From a virus, in IMG/VR virus record IMGVR_UViG_3300045988_108148: 64,000 nucleotides of DNA; one strand, given 5' to 3'. Of the stretch, positions 51,001 to 59,444 are shown piece after piece. Position 1 is the first letter of the stretch. Each line of letters starts with the position of its first letter. The position numbers were made by a program, and so were the translations under genes. Under the pieces are notes generated by a model. The model did no database searches. It saw nothing but the letters and a program-made list of their open reading frames with translations, and had not been told where the DNA came from.

Positions 51001-52178
51001 ATAAGGAACTTGCACAAGCAACAAAATTAATTATACCGTCATATGCGAATGCAATAAAGAACATAGGTCATTCAAACAACAAAGACAAGGTTCTATGTTA
51101 TATGGAGTATTTAGGTGTAGTAAGAGAAAATGCTCAAACCTTTAGTAAACTTAATCAATCTAGATTTTTAAGAGCATTAAATCAACACTTCTGGTATTTT
51201 GGACATGAAATGTCAGATTATGTAACAAAAGGTAAAATGGCATTGGCAATTGGTCTATACTATAAATATGATCCTGAATCTGGTAAATTCTTAAATAAGA
51301 ACGAATTCCTAAGAAGATTTAAGAGCAAAAAGGAAGGCAATGCCAAATGGAATACTTTAGGTATAACTTTTTATGATGCATTTGAAGTTAAAAACAACAA
51401 ACTAGTAATAAAACCAGAGTACGCTAAATCTCTCGATGAAGCTACTATAAACAAAGTTAGAAATACGGCAAAACAGGTAGGTACCAGAATTGACACGCAA
51501 TTAACAGATTTGGATAGAAGTAAATTACATGCAACTGTGATTGGACAATTGTTGCTTATCTTCCGTAACTTTATTTTGGTTAACTTACAAACTAAGTTCT
51601 TAACTAAACGTCAATTTAACTATTCTACAGGCATGTGGAGCGAAGCTCAAGTACCAGCTGCAGTTAAATATGTATATAGACATTACTTTAATCAGAACAA
51701 AATAGATCAATTAAAGGAACTATATCAAAATCATTATGATGAATTGGACGATTTCGAAAAAGGATGTCTTAAAAGAGTTACTTATGAAGTTTTATTTTCC
51801 ACAGTAGGTTTCATGATCATTTCTTCTCTTATCAGAGCAATGGCAGATGATGACAAACGTAATTGGTGGAAACAAGAAGCAGCGTATCTTACTCTAAGAG
51901 CTTCATTAGAGACACGTGGTAACATATTACCTATTGAAGTAATTAACTTACTTAATACTCCTACTGCTGCATGGTCTACTTTACAATATTGGGGTGACTT
52001 AACTACAATGATGTTGAATGATCCCACACAAGAGATAAAAAAAGGTCCATACAAGGGTATGAACCGATTCCAACGATCCTTAATTAAGGCTACTCCTTTA
52101 AGAAGTATATGGGAAGCACAAGATCCAAGATCAAAAATGGAGTATTACGATAACATGATTTCAATATTTAACTTTTAA
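48018..52178 (+). CDS. Giant virion-associated protein (third of the large-protein block)
   Basis: 1386-aa ORF starting 2 nt after the 5089-aa gene. Mostly helical, charged composition. Hydrophobic segments near the C-terminus (LLLIFRNFILVNL, VLFSTVGFMIISSLIRAMA). Confidence 0.75.
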   Translation: MQCLNVKNKEVAALLKQYTKILGNENAAYYVLSENNGYGLDKAPNGEPSKLFSDLVNHFNGNKKEAIRTKSLIYSAQFRQIRNIVLNNDGEVSIDVLLNNSDKINNPSYVPKKIHETYNKLIQALSRRIKDIQYAKYSDSKKVDELRALEFKLNQLENDQATFEFVDYMASDVISALNEVKALQTKVNENQKYNNPLDLTSAELDMIKKGYIGFYGNIATNIQNMLDDESTFDYLNDPQLVEDTKQNLKRTVGDYYELVRNYNNLADIVAKDNFIREATKAGSFTIDHLKKILDEGDVDINLWDQWAGNTQYSNSELVRIILNKIVNTKNNVAEKELEVGKELVEILSHVNKSKLAYMHEKNKDGHKTGFITRDLNYGQHYQDYLEHQKKLAEKLGFGDKDIAEVPSLLNPEQLKKWNKANNDWEAKHTIRKFTPEYYELTNSLSEEARSRRDSINMEINLLLSTTVDKNGDYHREDLSDEDYLKLQELETRRRNLANPYYPDGSVKVGLDKEIAIEMREYNEKLREKLHYTPNMEKFNKALQNAKKNLSPEKFAKWEQRNTVDQIIEEFWDDIKTLSSNANKSDDQTLYETARKNMLRLYTREDGKVDVDSMPDQVKSWINTYDELISEESLKTRDKSKKSKVMDIAEWEVNPRFYEELERVEKLGQAEYNAWVSINARYDYEGNLVPASFWKKLVPKKELRSKYMRKVPNRSWSEIDKESPFYDKRFTKYADRGETRIPNPELYDNSANYRKITSDSNLKKLYDKLVDVMELSNSKIQFLKYENKYRLPQIEGGAWTQIRSKDNILKGLAYAIEDTYTVKDDDTAYMLENAKRSDGSLVKLIPTRYIKMLSNPDALTNDIVGSVIAYYKMAENYEQMSEIAPELEVALDFVSRTDFTDKKGGRIQGLESKTYDKLKSVLDQLVYGMEKNALELDVPLPKGKHVTVSVGKLAANLAAYTRIQGIAQNMNVILTGLITNKIQNRLEAISGIYFGNKELAQATKLIIPSYANAIKNIGHSNNKDKVLCYMEYLGVVRENAQTFSKLNQSRFLRALNQHFWYFGHEMSDYVTKGKMALAIGLYYKYDPESGKFLNKNEFLRRFKSKKEGNAKWNTLGITFYDAFEVKNNKLVIKPEYAKSLDEATINKVRNTAKQVGTRIDTQLTDLDRSKLHATVIGQLLLIFRNFILVNLQTKFLTKRQFNYSTGMWSEAQVPAAVKYVYRHYFNQNKIDQLKELYQNHYDELDDFEKGCLKRVTYEVLFSTVGFMIISSLIRAMADDDKRNWWKQEAAYLTLRASLETRGNILPIEVINLLNTPTAAWSTLQYWGDLTTMMLNDPTQEIKKGPYKGMNRFQRSLIKATPLRSIWEAQDPRSKMEYYDNMISIFNF

Positions 52179-52201
52179 AGCCACAAAAATTTTAACGGCC
52201 A

Positions 52202-52708
52202 TTACAATAAAGCCCCTTCAGTTTTTACTGTTGGGGCTTTTCTGTATTTTAAATCTTGTAGTGGTATATTTTCACCTGTTGGTTTTACTACTTTTGCTAG
52301 AGGATTAAATAGATACTCATGAACTTTGCTATCGACATTAACATTCCAAAAATTTAATATTTTTAATTTAGCTTGATAACCCAAACGTTCATATAAACCA
52401 AGATTTATCTTGTTTACTATGGAATGAATTGAATAAGCTTTATTAAAAACATATACTCTGTAATTAATACCATAAATAGTTAATGTATAATCGCAATAAT
52501 ATAGTTTGTGCTTTCTTAATCTCTCTATTAAGTAAGATTTAGTATTATGAAATACTAAAAAAATATGATTTGAAAGTAATGGATTATTCATATCACTTGT
52601 GTACATATTTACAAACTCATTACTTTTCAAATCATATTTAGTAAAGGTATCATAAAATATTTGAGGAAGTGAAAATATACTATGCTTTGTATACTTATTA
52701 ATAATCAT
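52202..52708 (-). CDS. Hypothetical protein
   Basis: 168-aa ORF, the last gene of the minus-strand block. ATGA-type overlap with the upstream nuclease gene. Confidence 0.65.
   Translation of the reverse strand: MIINKYTKHSIFSLPQIFYDTFTKYDLKSNEFVNMYTSDMNNPLLSNHIFLVFHNTKSYLIERLRKHKLYYCDYTLTIYGINYRVYVFNKAYSIHSIVNKINLGLYERLGYQAKLKILNFWNVNVDSKVHEYLFNPLAKVVKPTGENIPLQDLKYRKAPTVKTEGALL
52209..52250 (+). terminator. Hairpin plus T-rich tract at the convergent module junction
   Basis: AAAGCCCC (52209..52216) pairs with GGGGCTTT (52233..52240) across a 16-nt loop, followed by TCTGTATTTT. It lies inside the last codons of the minus-strand ORF 52202..52708. Confidence 0.45.
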
Positions 52709-53700
52709 AGTAGTTCTGCTCCATCTCCTTCATAATATTCTTTTACATGATCCCATAAGTCATTATCTCTATGCCAAGCAATACGTTTGATAGCATCTTC
52801 AATAACACACACTTTGGCTTCAATGTATTGATTTTCAATATTAAAAACCTTTACTTCATAACCGTCATGACTTTGAACAGCTATTATATATGTTTCTCGT
52901 GTATATTCTTCTAAATCTAGTTTTAATTCATTTTTAAAATACCAATAAATTGCAAACCAGTAATAAGCTAATTGTCTACAATAGTCAAATTCTTCTATAG
53001 AATGTCTGAAATTATACACATCAGCTGTAGTTTTAATATCAACGAGTACTACTTTCTTATTTGTATGATCAATCATTACTCTATCGAGTAAAGATTTACA
53101 AGGAAAATCTCCTAATTTAGAAGCATTTGGAAATTCCCAATTTATATGAAATTCATTGTGAACTTCAAATGTTTTCGGATAAGCAAATAAAATCTCATTT
53201 GCTTTTTTATGCTCTTGCATATTTTGCTTTATGGTCTTTAGAAGAGCCAAATCAGCAAAAGAAATAACTTTCTTACTATCTTTATTTCTAAAGTATTCAA
53301 TGTAGTTTTTGTATAATTCTACTAGTTCTTTTGCTTCTTGAATTCTTTTATTAATGGGTTTATTATTACTATAAGCTGCATTATAACTCATTAATAATAT
53401 ATCTTCTTCAGTAGCAAAAGGATCGGTTAATCTTGCAGTAGAATAAAACTCTAGAAGATCTTTTTGTTGTTTTACTTTAGGTACTGCAAAGTCTAAAATA
53501 ATATAATCATTCCAGAATTCTTCTGGTTGAAGGATATATTCATGAATCATAGTTCCTTTATCTAAGAAACTTGCTTTTAATCCTTCAATTTTTCCATCTA
53601 GCATATCTTTTAGATATCGGGGTCCCTTTTTAAGGAACCATCCGATATTTGAATTAGATATTCTAGACATATCCTCATAATAAGGTATGCTTATATCCAT
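52705..53700 (-). CDS. PD-(D/E)XK (RecB/Cas4-like) nuclease
   Basis: 331 aa. Has GTMIHEYIL, DRVMIDHTNKKVVLVDIKTT (D...D-x-K) and RQLAYYW (QxxxY). Confidence 0.7.
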   Translation of the reverse strand: MDISIPYYEDMSRISNSNIGWFLKKGPRYLKDMLDGKIEGLKASFLDKGTMIHEYILQPEEFWNDYIILDFAVPKVKQQKDLLEFYSTARLTDPFATEEDILLMSYNAAYSNNKPINKRIQEAKELVELYKNYIEYFRNKDSKKVISFADLALLKTIKQNMQEHKKANEILFAYPKTFEVHNEFHINWEFPNASKLGDFPCKSLLDRVMIDHTNKKVVLVDIKTTADVYNFRHSIEEFDYCRQLAYYWFAIYWYFKNELKLDLEEYTRETYIIAVQSHDGYEVKVFNIENQYIEAKVCVIEDAIKRIAWHRDNDLWDHVKEYYEGDGAELL

Positions 53701-53702
53701 AA

Positions 53703-53897
53703 TTACTCTTCTAACTTACTTAAACGATCTGCTTCTACTAGTTCATTAACGAATGCAATGTCATTAAGTTCGTCTGCTTCAAAGTAAATATCTTGTTCAG
53801 TCTGAGACATTACTTCATTATTCATATTTTGCTCGTCTAATTGTAAGTTAACTAATTCGTAATTCTTCATAATCGTAAATTTTAAGTTATAGTTCAA
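53703..53897 (-). CDS. Small acidic hypothetical protein
   Basis: 64-aa ORF packed between neighbours. Confidence 0.5.
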   Translation of the reverse strand: MNYNLKFTIMKNYELVNLQLDEQNMNNEVMSQTEQDIYFEADELNDIAFVNELVEADRLSKLEE

Positions 53898-54597
53898 ATG
53901 TTAATGGTTTAAAATAAATCGAATAAGATTCATCGAGTATACTTACGTTTGCTACACGTACATTAGTCCATTCTGTATCTTCTTGAAATACATAATCGTA
54001 TACAGGACATGCTGTAATATTATGATTTCCAGTATGAACATGCCCACATAGAGCATACTTTGGCTTTTTTCGTTTAATCTCGTCAGTTAGTGCAGCACAA
54101 CAATACTGTATTTCAGTTCCATTGTCATGAGTAGTTCCTACTTCTGCAAGATTAGATGCTTCGTGAGTCATTAATATGTCTAAGTCTTTTGGTATCTTCT
54201 CATATTTCTTAGCTAATTCAGCATGATTAGCCATAAACGCCCATGGTCCACATTGTTTACACCAAGGTGTTCCATAGATTTTATACCATTTGTCGTCAGT
54301 ACTATTATATACTTTCGTTTCTCCATCAATCAATATAGTTAATTTATTAAATAAGTAAGTATTTGATTGAGTAATCATTTTTTCAAACCAAAAATCATGA
54401 TTACCTGGAGTAAGTATAATAGTAGGGCAATCTATCTTCATTATCCATTCCTGAAATTCATTAAATATCCATTTTGTCATTTGAATATAGTCTCTTTGAA
54501 TCTCTAATGGAGATATATCACCACATATCAATAGTAGGTCACATGGTTCTATATCAATAAGATTACCATGTAAATCACTGATTGCTGTTACTTTCAT
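53887..54597 (-). CDS. Calcineurin-like metallophosphatase
   Basis: 236 aa. ISDLHGN, ICGDIS, PGNHD, MTHEA and CGHVHTG motifs occur in the canonical order. Confidence 0.8.
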   Translation of the reverse strand: MKVTAISDLHGNLIDIEPCDLLLICGDISPLEIQRDYIQMTKWIFNEFQEWIMKIDCPTIILTPGNHDFWFEKMITQSNTYLFNKLTILIDGETKVYNSTDDKWYKIYGTPWCKQCGPWAFMANHAELAKKYEKIPKDLDILMTHEASNLAEVGTTHDNGTEIQYCCAALTDEIKRKKPKYALCGHVHTGNHNITACPVYDYVFQEDTEWTNVRVANVSILDESYSIYFKPLTFEL

Positions 54598-54886
54598 TTT
54601 CTAATCCTAAAATAAAGTTATCATAAGTTGTTTTATATTCTTGTAACAGATTATAATATTTTGTAATATCCTGTTTCAATTCATGATATCTCTTAAATAG
54701 ATTCTTATCATAATAAGTATAAAATAAACTTACTGTATAACTATTTTTACTTTTGGATATATTATCATTATTAAAAAAGTTCTCAAGTTCCATTTCTTTC
54801 TCTAAAATCTTATTTTCGAGTTCTGAAATAGCTAACTTATAATTACTCTTAAATAACTTAATTGTATTTTCAGATATGTTCTTCAT
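54575..54886 (-). CDS. Hypothetical protein
   Basis: 103-aa ORF overlapping both neighbours on the same strand. Confidence 0.55.
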   Translation of the reverse strand: MKNISENTIKLFKSNYKLAISELENKILEKEMELENFFNNDNISKSKNSYTVSLFYTYYDKNLFKRYHELKQDITKYYNLLQEYKTTYDNFILGLENESNSNQ

Positions 54887-55193
54887 TATCTTTATTTGGT
54901 TTTAGTTTTTGTACTTTATCTTCGTGCTCTTTTAGCATTTTATTACATTTATCTCTTAAATATTTTACAAAACATAGACATTCATTTCCTTCAAATTGTT
55001 TAAAGAACTGATCTGCTGCGTCTTTGTAAATTTTTGTACAATACGATTTCTCTCTATAACCTTCATTATCTAGTAATACTATATCTTCAAAGTCATCACT
55101 ATCTTTTGAAAATATGTGAAGAAGAATTGCAGTTCTAGGAGATATTTGTATAAACTTTCTCTTATAGTTCTTGAATTCGTCTAATACATTCAT
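54870..55193 (-). CDS. Hypothetical protein
   Basis: 107-aa ORF. Confidence 0.55.
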   Translation of the reverse strand: MNVLDEFKNYKRKFIQISPRTAILLHIFSKDSDDFEDIVLLDNEGYREKSYCTKIYKDAADQFFKQFEGNECLCFVKYLRDKCNKMLKEHEDKVQKLKPNKDNEEHI

Positions 55194-55569
55194 CAGTTTC
55201 TTTATGATTGTGTACTACAAATAACTTATACTTCTCAGCTAATCCTTTATTTAAAAGATACCACATGAACCATTTCCATTTATATGGCCATACATCATTA
55301 GGTTTTCCTTTAGCTTCGATAATAAAATTATCTCCAACAAAGTCTGGAGTATAAGTCATCGCTCGGATCTTTTTACCACAAAAAGTAAATGCTGGTATTA
55401 ATTCAAACTTAATAGGCTCATATTCTGCTTTGAGATTATGAGCCTTTAATTGTTTATAAACATATGTTTCAAGTATACTTTTAAATTTAATACCATCATA
55501 TACATTAGGGGTAGCGTTCTTAACTTTCTGATTTGTCGTTTTCTTTCTTTTTGTTTTTCTTTGCTTCAT
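55162..55569 (-). CDS. DUF1064-like PD-(D/E)XK endonuclease
   Basis: YTPDFVGDNFIIEAKGKPND matches the Y.PDF....IE.KG core. The probable start is ATG 55569 (MKQRKTKRKK), since the track start 55614 is TTG. Confidence 0.55.
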   Translation of the reverse strand: MKQRKTKRKKTTNQKVKNATPNVYDGIKFKSILETYVYKQLKAHNLKAEYEPIKFELIPAFTFCGKKIRAMTYTPDFVGDNFIIEAKGKPNDVWPYKWKWFMWYLLNKGLAEKYKLFVVHNHKETDECIRRIQEL

Positions 55570-55658
55570 AACGATCAATATATGTACAAAGTAAACTTCC
55601 ACAAAGATTTCCAATAAAACTAATCAGAATTAATTGTAACCACGTTAAGTCTGGTGTA

Positions 55659-56264
55659 CTATTTAACCATTCCATGTTCATTGTCTTTTTCTATTTTTGT
55701 AAGATGATTTGCAAGTTTTTCTAAAGATATTAGATCATAATTAGCTAGATTTCCATCTATACCTACATCTACTCTTAATTCTTTAGAATCTGTATTTATT
55801 TGATCTACTTTTCCATGACAATGACCGTGTATCATAATAGATCCTTTATCTTTGTGTTCCCAACTTAACATCGGAAAATGGCACATTATTACTTCTAGAT
55901 CTTTATGTAAGAAATTATATACAGATTTCTTAAATTTAATATTCTTGATCTGAGTAATATGATTGAAATAGCATTTTAAATGATCTGGTACTTTATCATG
56001 ATTACCAAGTATTAGTACTTTGTTACCATTTAGTCTTTGAAATAGTTTTCTTTTATCTTCTACTTCACCAAATGCAAGATCACCTAAAATATATACAGTA
56101 TCTTTCTTGTTTACTCTAGAATTCCATAACTGTATCATAGCTTCTTTAGCTTTTTCAACAGTACTTCCAAATATCTCTTTTCGCTTAGGATGAAATTCTA
56201 ATATACGGTCGTGAAAGAAATGTAGATCTGAAGTAAACCATATCATAATGTTTCTTTTAACCAA
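55659..56264 (-). CDS. Metallophosphatase (second copy, different subfamily)
   Basis: 201 aa. Motifs TSDLHFFH, ILGDLAF, LGNHDK, MCHFP and HGHCHG. Confidence 0.8.
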   Translation of the reverse strand: MVKRNIMIWFTSDLHFFHDRILEFHPKRKEIFGSTVEKAKEAMIQLWNSRVNKKDTVYILGDLAFGEVEDKRKLFQRLNGNKVLILGNHDKVPDHLKCYFNHITQIKNIKFKKSVYNFLHKDLEVIMCHFPMLSWEHKDKGSIMIHGHCHGKVDQINTDSKELRVDVGIDGNLANYDLISLEKLANHLTKIEKDNEHGMVK

Positions 56265-57208
56265 TTTTTAATTACTTCAAAGCCATTTAGTTTCACCGCA
56301 TCAGATATATCTTTAGCTTTCCATTTTTTATGAATTAGAAAGCCATTTAAACCTGTTTTAAGGCTAATTTTACGCATATTTTTAACTCCAGAAATATCCC
56401 TATCGAAACATATTAAAATGCGCTTAAATCGAAGTTTAAGTGCATCTATAACATCTGGAGTAAGAAATGTACTTTCTGAAGCTGGTGATATAGCAGTATA
56501 ACCCATTTCATATAAACACATAACATCTTTCATAGATTTAGTAATAATTAGTAAATCACCTTTTTTAGGTAATTGTTCATATCCCTGAATATCATATGGG
56601 GTTAAATTATTACGCCATTTAGTATATTTATCTGCTAAAGGTCTATAAATCTTAAATCTATCATATACTTTATATGCATACATAGGATTATTTTCCTTAT
56701 ACACTCCCTTTACTACACCATCACATAAATAATATTTTATACTACTTACACCAAATTTCTTTAAAGTCTTTAGAGAAATTCCAAATTGTGACCAATATTG
56801 TTTATCTATATCTGTCCAGTCTTGTCTAACTACTCCGATAACTGTTTCAGTAGATTTCTCTACTTCTTTATTACTATGCAATACCGTATTATTAGTAATT
56901 TGCATATCCTTTACTATTTGATTTAGTAGATCATTATAATTAGTTATACCAGTATATAACTCTACGAATTTAATTACATCTCCGCATTCTCCATTACCAT
57001 GATCTTTAAATAGTAATTTTCCAGTCTTCTTACTTCGGAATATTCCAAATGAGGGATTCTTATCCTTTCTAAATGGACTATTATAGATAAATCCAACCTT
57101 AAATTGTCCTAGATATCTAGCATAAATATCATATTCTGTGACTTTTGATAAGATATAATCCAAAGTAATAGGATTATCTTGTTTTTTAATTCTTTTAGAG
57201 TCATACAT
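56243..57208 (-). CDS. DnaG-like DNA primase (degenerate zinc finger plus Toprim)
   Basis: SPFRKDKNPSFGIFRSKKTGKLLFKDHGNGECGDVIKFVE looks like a Cys-less CHC2-type finger. Toprim-like IITKSMKDVMCL ... ICFDRDISG (DxD). I placed the start at ATG 57208 (MYDSKR). The track extension to 57289 runs into a structured GC-rich spacer. Confidence 0.6.
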   Translation of the reverse strand: MYDSKRIKKQDNPITLDYILSKVTEYDIYARYLGQFKVGFIYNSPFRKDKNPSFGIFRSKKTGKLLFKDHGNGECGDVIKFVELYTGITNYNDLLNQIVKDMQITNNTVLHSNKEVEKSTETVIGVVRQDWTDIDKQYWSQFGISLKTLKKFGVSSIKYYLCDGVVKGVYKENNPMYAYKVYDRFKIYRPLADKYTKWRNNLTPYDIQGYEQLPKKGDLLIITKSMKDVMCLYEMGYTAISPASESTFLTPDVIDALKLRFKRILICFDRDISGVKNMRKISLKTGLNGFLIHKKWKAKDISDAVKLNGFEVIKNWLKETL

Positions 57209-57229
57209 ATGATATAAATTTGAATAAGT

Positions 57230-57275
57230 GCAATGTGGGGTAACGATCCCCACGAATCTAACCATTAGACATTGC
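57230..57275 (-). other. Closed three-helix RNA-like structure in the primase leader
   Basis: GCAATGT (57230..57236) pairs perfectly with ACATTGC (57269..57275). This encloses two hairpins: GGGG/CCCC with a 7-nt loop, and CTA/TAG with a 5-nt loop. Confidence 0.3.
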
Positions 57276-57412
57276 TCCACCTTTAACAATACCCCCTGTG
57301 TGGTCAGTGCCAGCCTACGATCTGGTTCTCCTGGTGCGCTATCATTGAAGTATTTATCAATATGCTAAGCGTGAGAAGTCTTCGTTCTATTGCGCAAATA
57401 GAATTTATATTT

Positions 57413-58051
57413 TTAAAATGGCAATCCGTTAGGATCGGCATTGTTTGTATTATCTAAAGTTCCATCTACTACGGTAAATGAATCATTAGATAATAGTGGA
57501 TTTGGATTCGATTGTTCAAAATCAGCAATTACTGGTTTCTCAAATTGATCAATATTCAACTTGACAATAACAGACTCATTCTTATCAACAATCGTCATCG
57601 GTTCAATAAATCTATATTTTGCATACTTCGGTAGAGTAGTATAACCACTATTATTATATACTACTTTAATACGAAGCAATGTAGACTTATCTGCATTGTT
57701 AAGCTTTTCAGCTACCCAAGTAATAAACTCCTTAAAGCTTTCGCCATTAAAGACTCTATCTTCAGGATTTGGATAATAACATTCAAGAATCTGGTCAATT
57801 CTTGCAAACTGATTATCACATTTTCTTTGCAAATCTTCATCAGACATATTGTCTGATTTAGACGGTTCCCACTCTGTATGAGTCATAAATTTACCATCTT
57901 TTGCAACGAATTTAAACTCAATAAAATTATTACCATTGAGAGACTTATCTACTCTAATTGATTCTAATACTACATTGTCATGGATACCAGCTGCTAAATA
58001 TGCAATATCTTTTTTCTGGATAGCTTGTGCTCTTTGTGAACTATAAATCAT
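57413..58051 (-). CDS. Single-stranded DNA-binding-like protein
   Basis: 212 aa, adjacent to the Sak4-like ATPase. Its C-terminus NNADPNGLPF resembles the D(D/x)xIPF tails of SSBs. The fold was not verified. Confidence 0.4.
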   Translation of the reverse strand: MIYSSQRAQAIQKKDIAYLAAGIHDNVVLESIRVDKSLNGNNFIEFKFVAKDGKFMTHTEWEPSKSDNMSDEDLQRKCDNQFARIDQILECYYPNPEDRVFNGESFKEFITWVAEKLNNADKSTLLRIKVVYNNSGYTTLPKYAKYRFIEPMTIVDKNESVIVKLNIDQFEKPVIADFEQSNPNPLLSNDSFTVVDGTLDNTNNADPNGLPF

Positions 58052-58068
58052 CTTCTTCTATGTTTTGG

Positions 58069-58812
58069 TTATTCTTGGTCTGGCAAATAAATTTTATCCC
58101 AATATACTGAGATTTTTCCTTCGTCATCACTTTCTGCGATAACAATATTTTGACCTCTTAGGTGTGGAGCTCTCGCTTCAATAGTAATGTTCTCCCCACC
58201 TTTAAAGGATGCAATGGTTTGGTTCTTCTTTCTAGAAATATATGCAATAGCATCAGCTTCTCCACATATGATATTACTTAACTTTCCAGCTAAGTCTAAT
58301 TCCATTTCTGAAAGTTCTTCACCATCTTTGTTTACAAGTTTATCCTTAGTATGACCTATCAGGATAAAATTTTCGCAAAGTTCTCTAAACATATCTAATA
58401 CTTTACGTACAGCTTGTCTTACATAAAACCAGCCACCGCCTTGCGGCAGTAATCGTACATCTCCCTTATAACTCTTCCCCATCGGAGTTTGATTATATAA
58501 AGTGAGAGCATATGATAACGTAATTTCTTCCAAACGTGTTGCGTTATCGATCGTGATATATTTGTAGAAATATCCATTACATTCTTTATTCTTTTGTCTA
58601 ATGGCATTAGCTATTTCACCTAAATCATTAATATTTCTAGCTTGTACTGCTAAGCAATCAATAAATTCAGATCCACCCTCTAGATCGATAATTAAATTAT
58701 TTTCTAAATGAGCTGCTAATGTTGTTTTACCAGATTTCGGTTTACCAAAAAAGATAAGAAATCTTGGATTTCTCACCTTTGCTTTAATTTTCTCAGTAGG
58801 TAATACTATCAT
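58069..58812 (-). CDS. AAA_24/Sak4-like RecA-fold ATPase
   Basis: FLIFFGKPKSGKTTLAA (Walker A) followed by NLIIDLEGG, then ILIGH after a hydrophobic strand. Confidence 0.7.
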   Translation of the reverse strand: MIVLPTEKIKAKVRNPRFLIFFGKPKSGKTTLAAHLENNLIIDLEGGSEFIDCLAVQARNINDLGEIANAIRQKNKECNGYFYKYITIDNATRLEEITLSYALTLYNQTPMGKSYKGDVRLLPQGGGWFYVRQAVRKVLDMFRELCENFILIGHTKDKLVNKDGEELSEMELDLAGKLSNIICGEADAIAYISRKKNQTIASFKGGENITIEARAPHLRGQNIVIAESDDEGKISVYWDKIYLPDQE

Positions 58813-58910
58813 AATGTTAGTCTATCTACTTCTCAGAAAAATTTGAAAGAATTTGATATAGTTTTTGAAAAGTTTTGTAAAAATTCTGAAAAGATTTGTT
58901 ATAAGTTAAA

Positions 58911-59405
58911 TTACGCTGCGATCTCTAATGAGTTAATATTCATTGAGATATTATAAAGAATAATACGATCCTTCTTAGGAATATCATTAAAGAATGACGA
59001 ACTTGTAAACTTCGGGATCAATCGAGAACCTACTTGAATATAATTACCATGGATCTTAACTGGAATATCTCCAATCTTAAAATCATAGGAGGGATTCTCT
59101 GTATAGTAAATATAATCAAACAAGCGAGAAGCCGCTTTGTTCCATTCCAGATTCAATGCTTCCGGAGTAATATCCAAAATTGTATAATTCTCATACGGAG
59201 CATTATCCAATGTCAGAATTGTGTACTTGTTATCATTCTTGTTAGCCCACGGGAAAATAGATTTAATCTTATCCAAAATGCTAATCGTATAATCACTCTT
59301 CTTAGAAGAAGTAGTTGTCGTAAAATACTTACTCAAATCAATCGTATAGTCAAGATTTGTGTTATTCTTTGCCGTGTTGTTTACTGTATTATATTTGTAT
59401 GTCAT
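58911..59405 (-). CDS. Hypothetical protein
   Basis: 164-aa ORF on the same strand as its neighbours. The overlapping + strand ORFs are rejected. Confidence 0.6.
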   Translation of the reverse strand: MTYKYNTVNNTAKNNTNLDYTIDLSKYFTTTTSSKKSDYTISILDKIKSIFPWANKNDNKYTILTLDNAPYENYTILDITPEALNLEWNKAASRLFDYIYYTENPSYDFKIGDIPVKIHGNYIQVGSRLIPKFTSSSFFNDIPKKDRIILYNISMNINSLEIAA

Positions 59406-59444
59406 AATTCGCCTTTATTTAACCAAGATTAATAAAAATCCTAT

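Noticed and set aside
57292-57339. GC-rich island as a second DGR variable region
   Set aside because: It shares only TGGTTCTC plus GGTGCG with the VR/TR, and only with a 2-nt indel. The flanks mismatch at non-adenine positions. It is intergenic and on the strand opposite to local transcription.
58891-58902. 12-mer AAGATTTGTTAT shared with 60948..60959, both just after a minus-strand stop codon
   Set aside because: Exact 12-mers are expected many times by chance in 64 kb of AT-rich DNA. Two copies are not enough to call a promoter or terminator motif.
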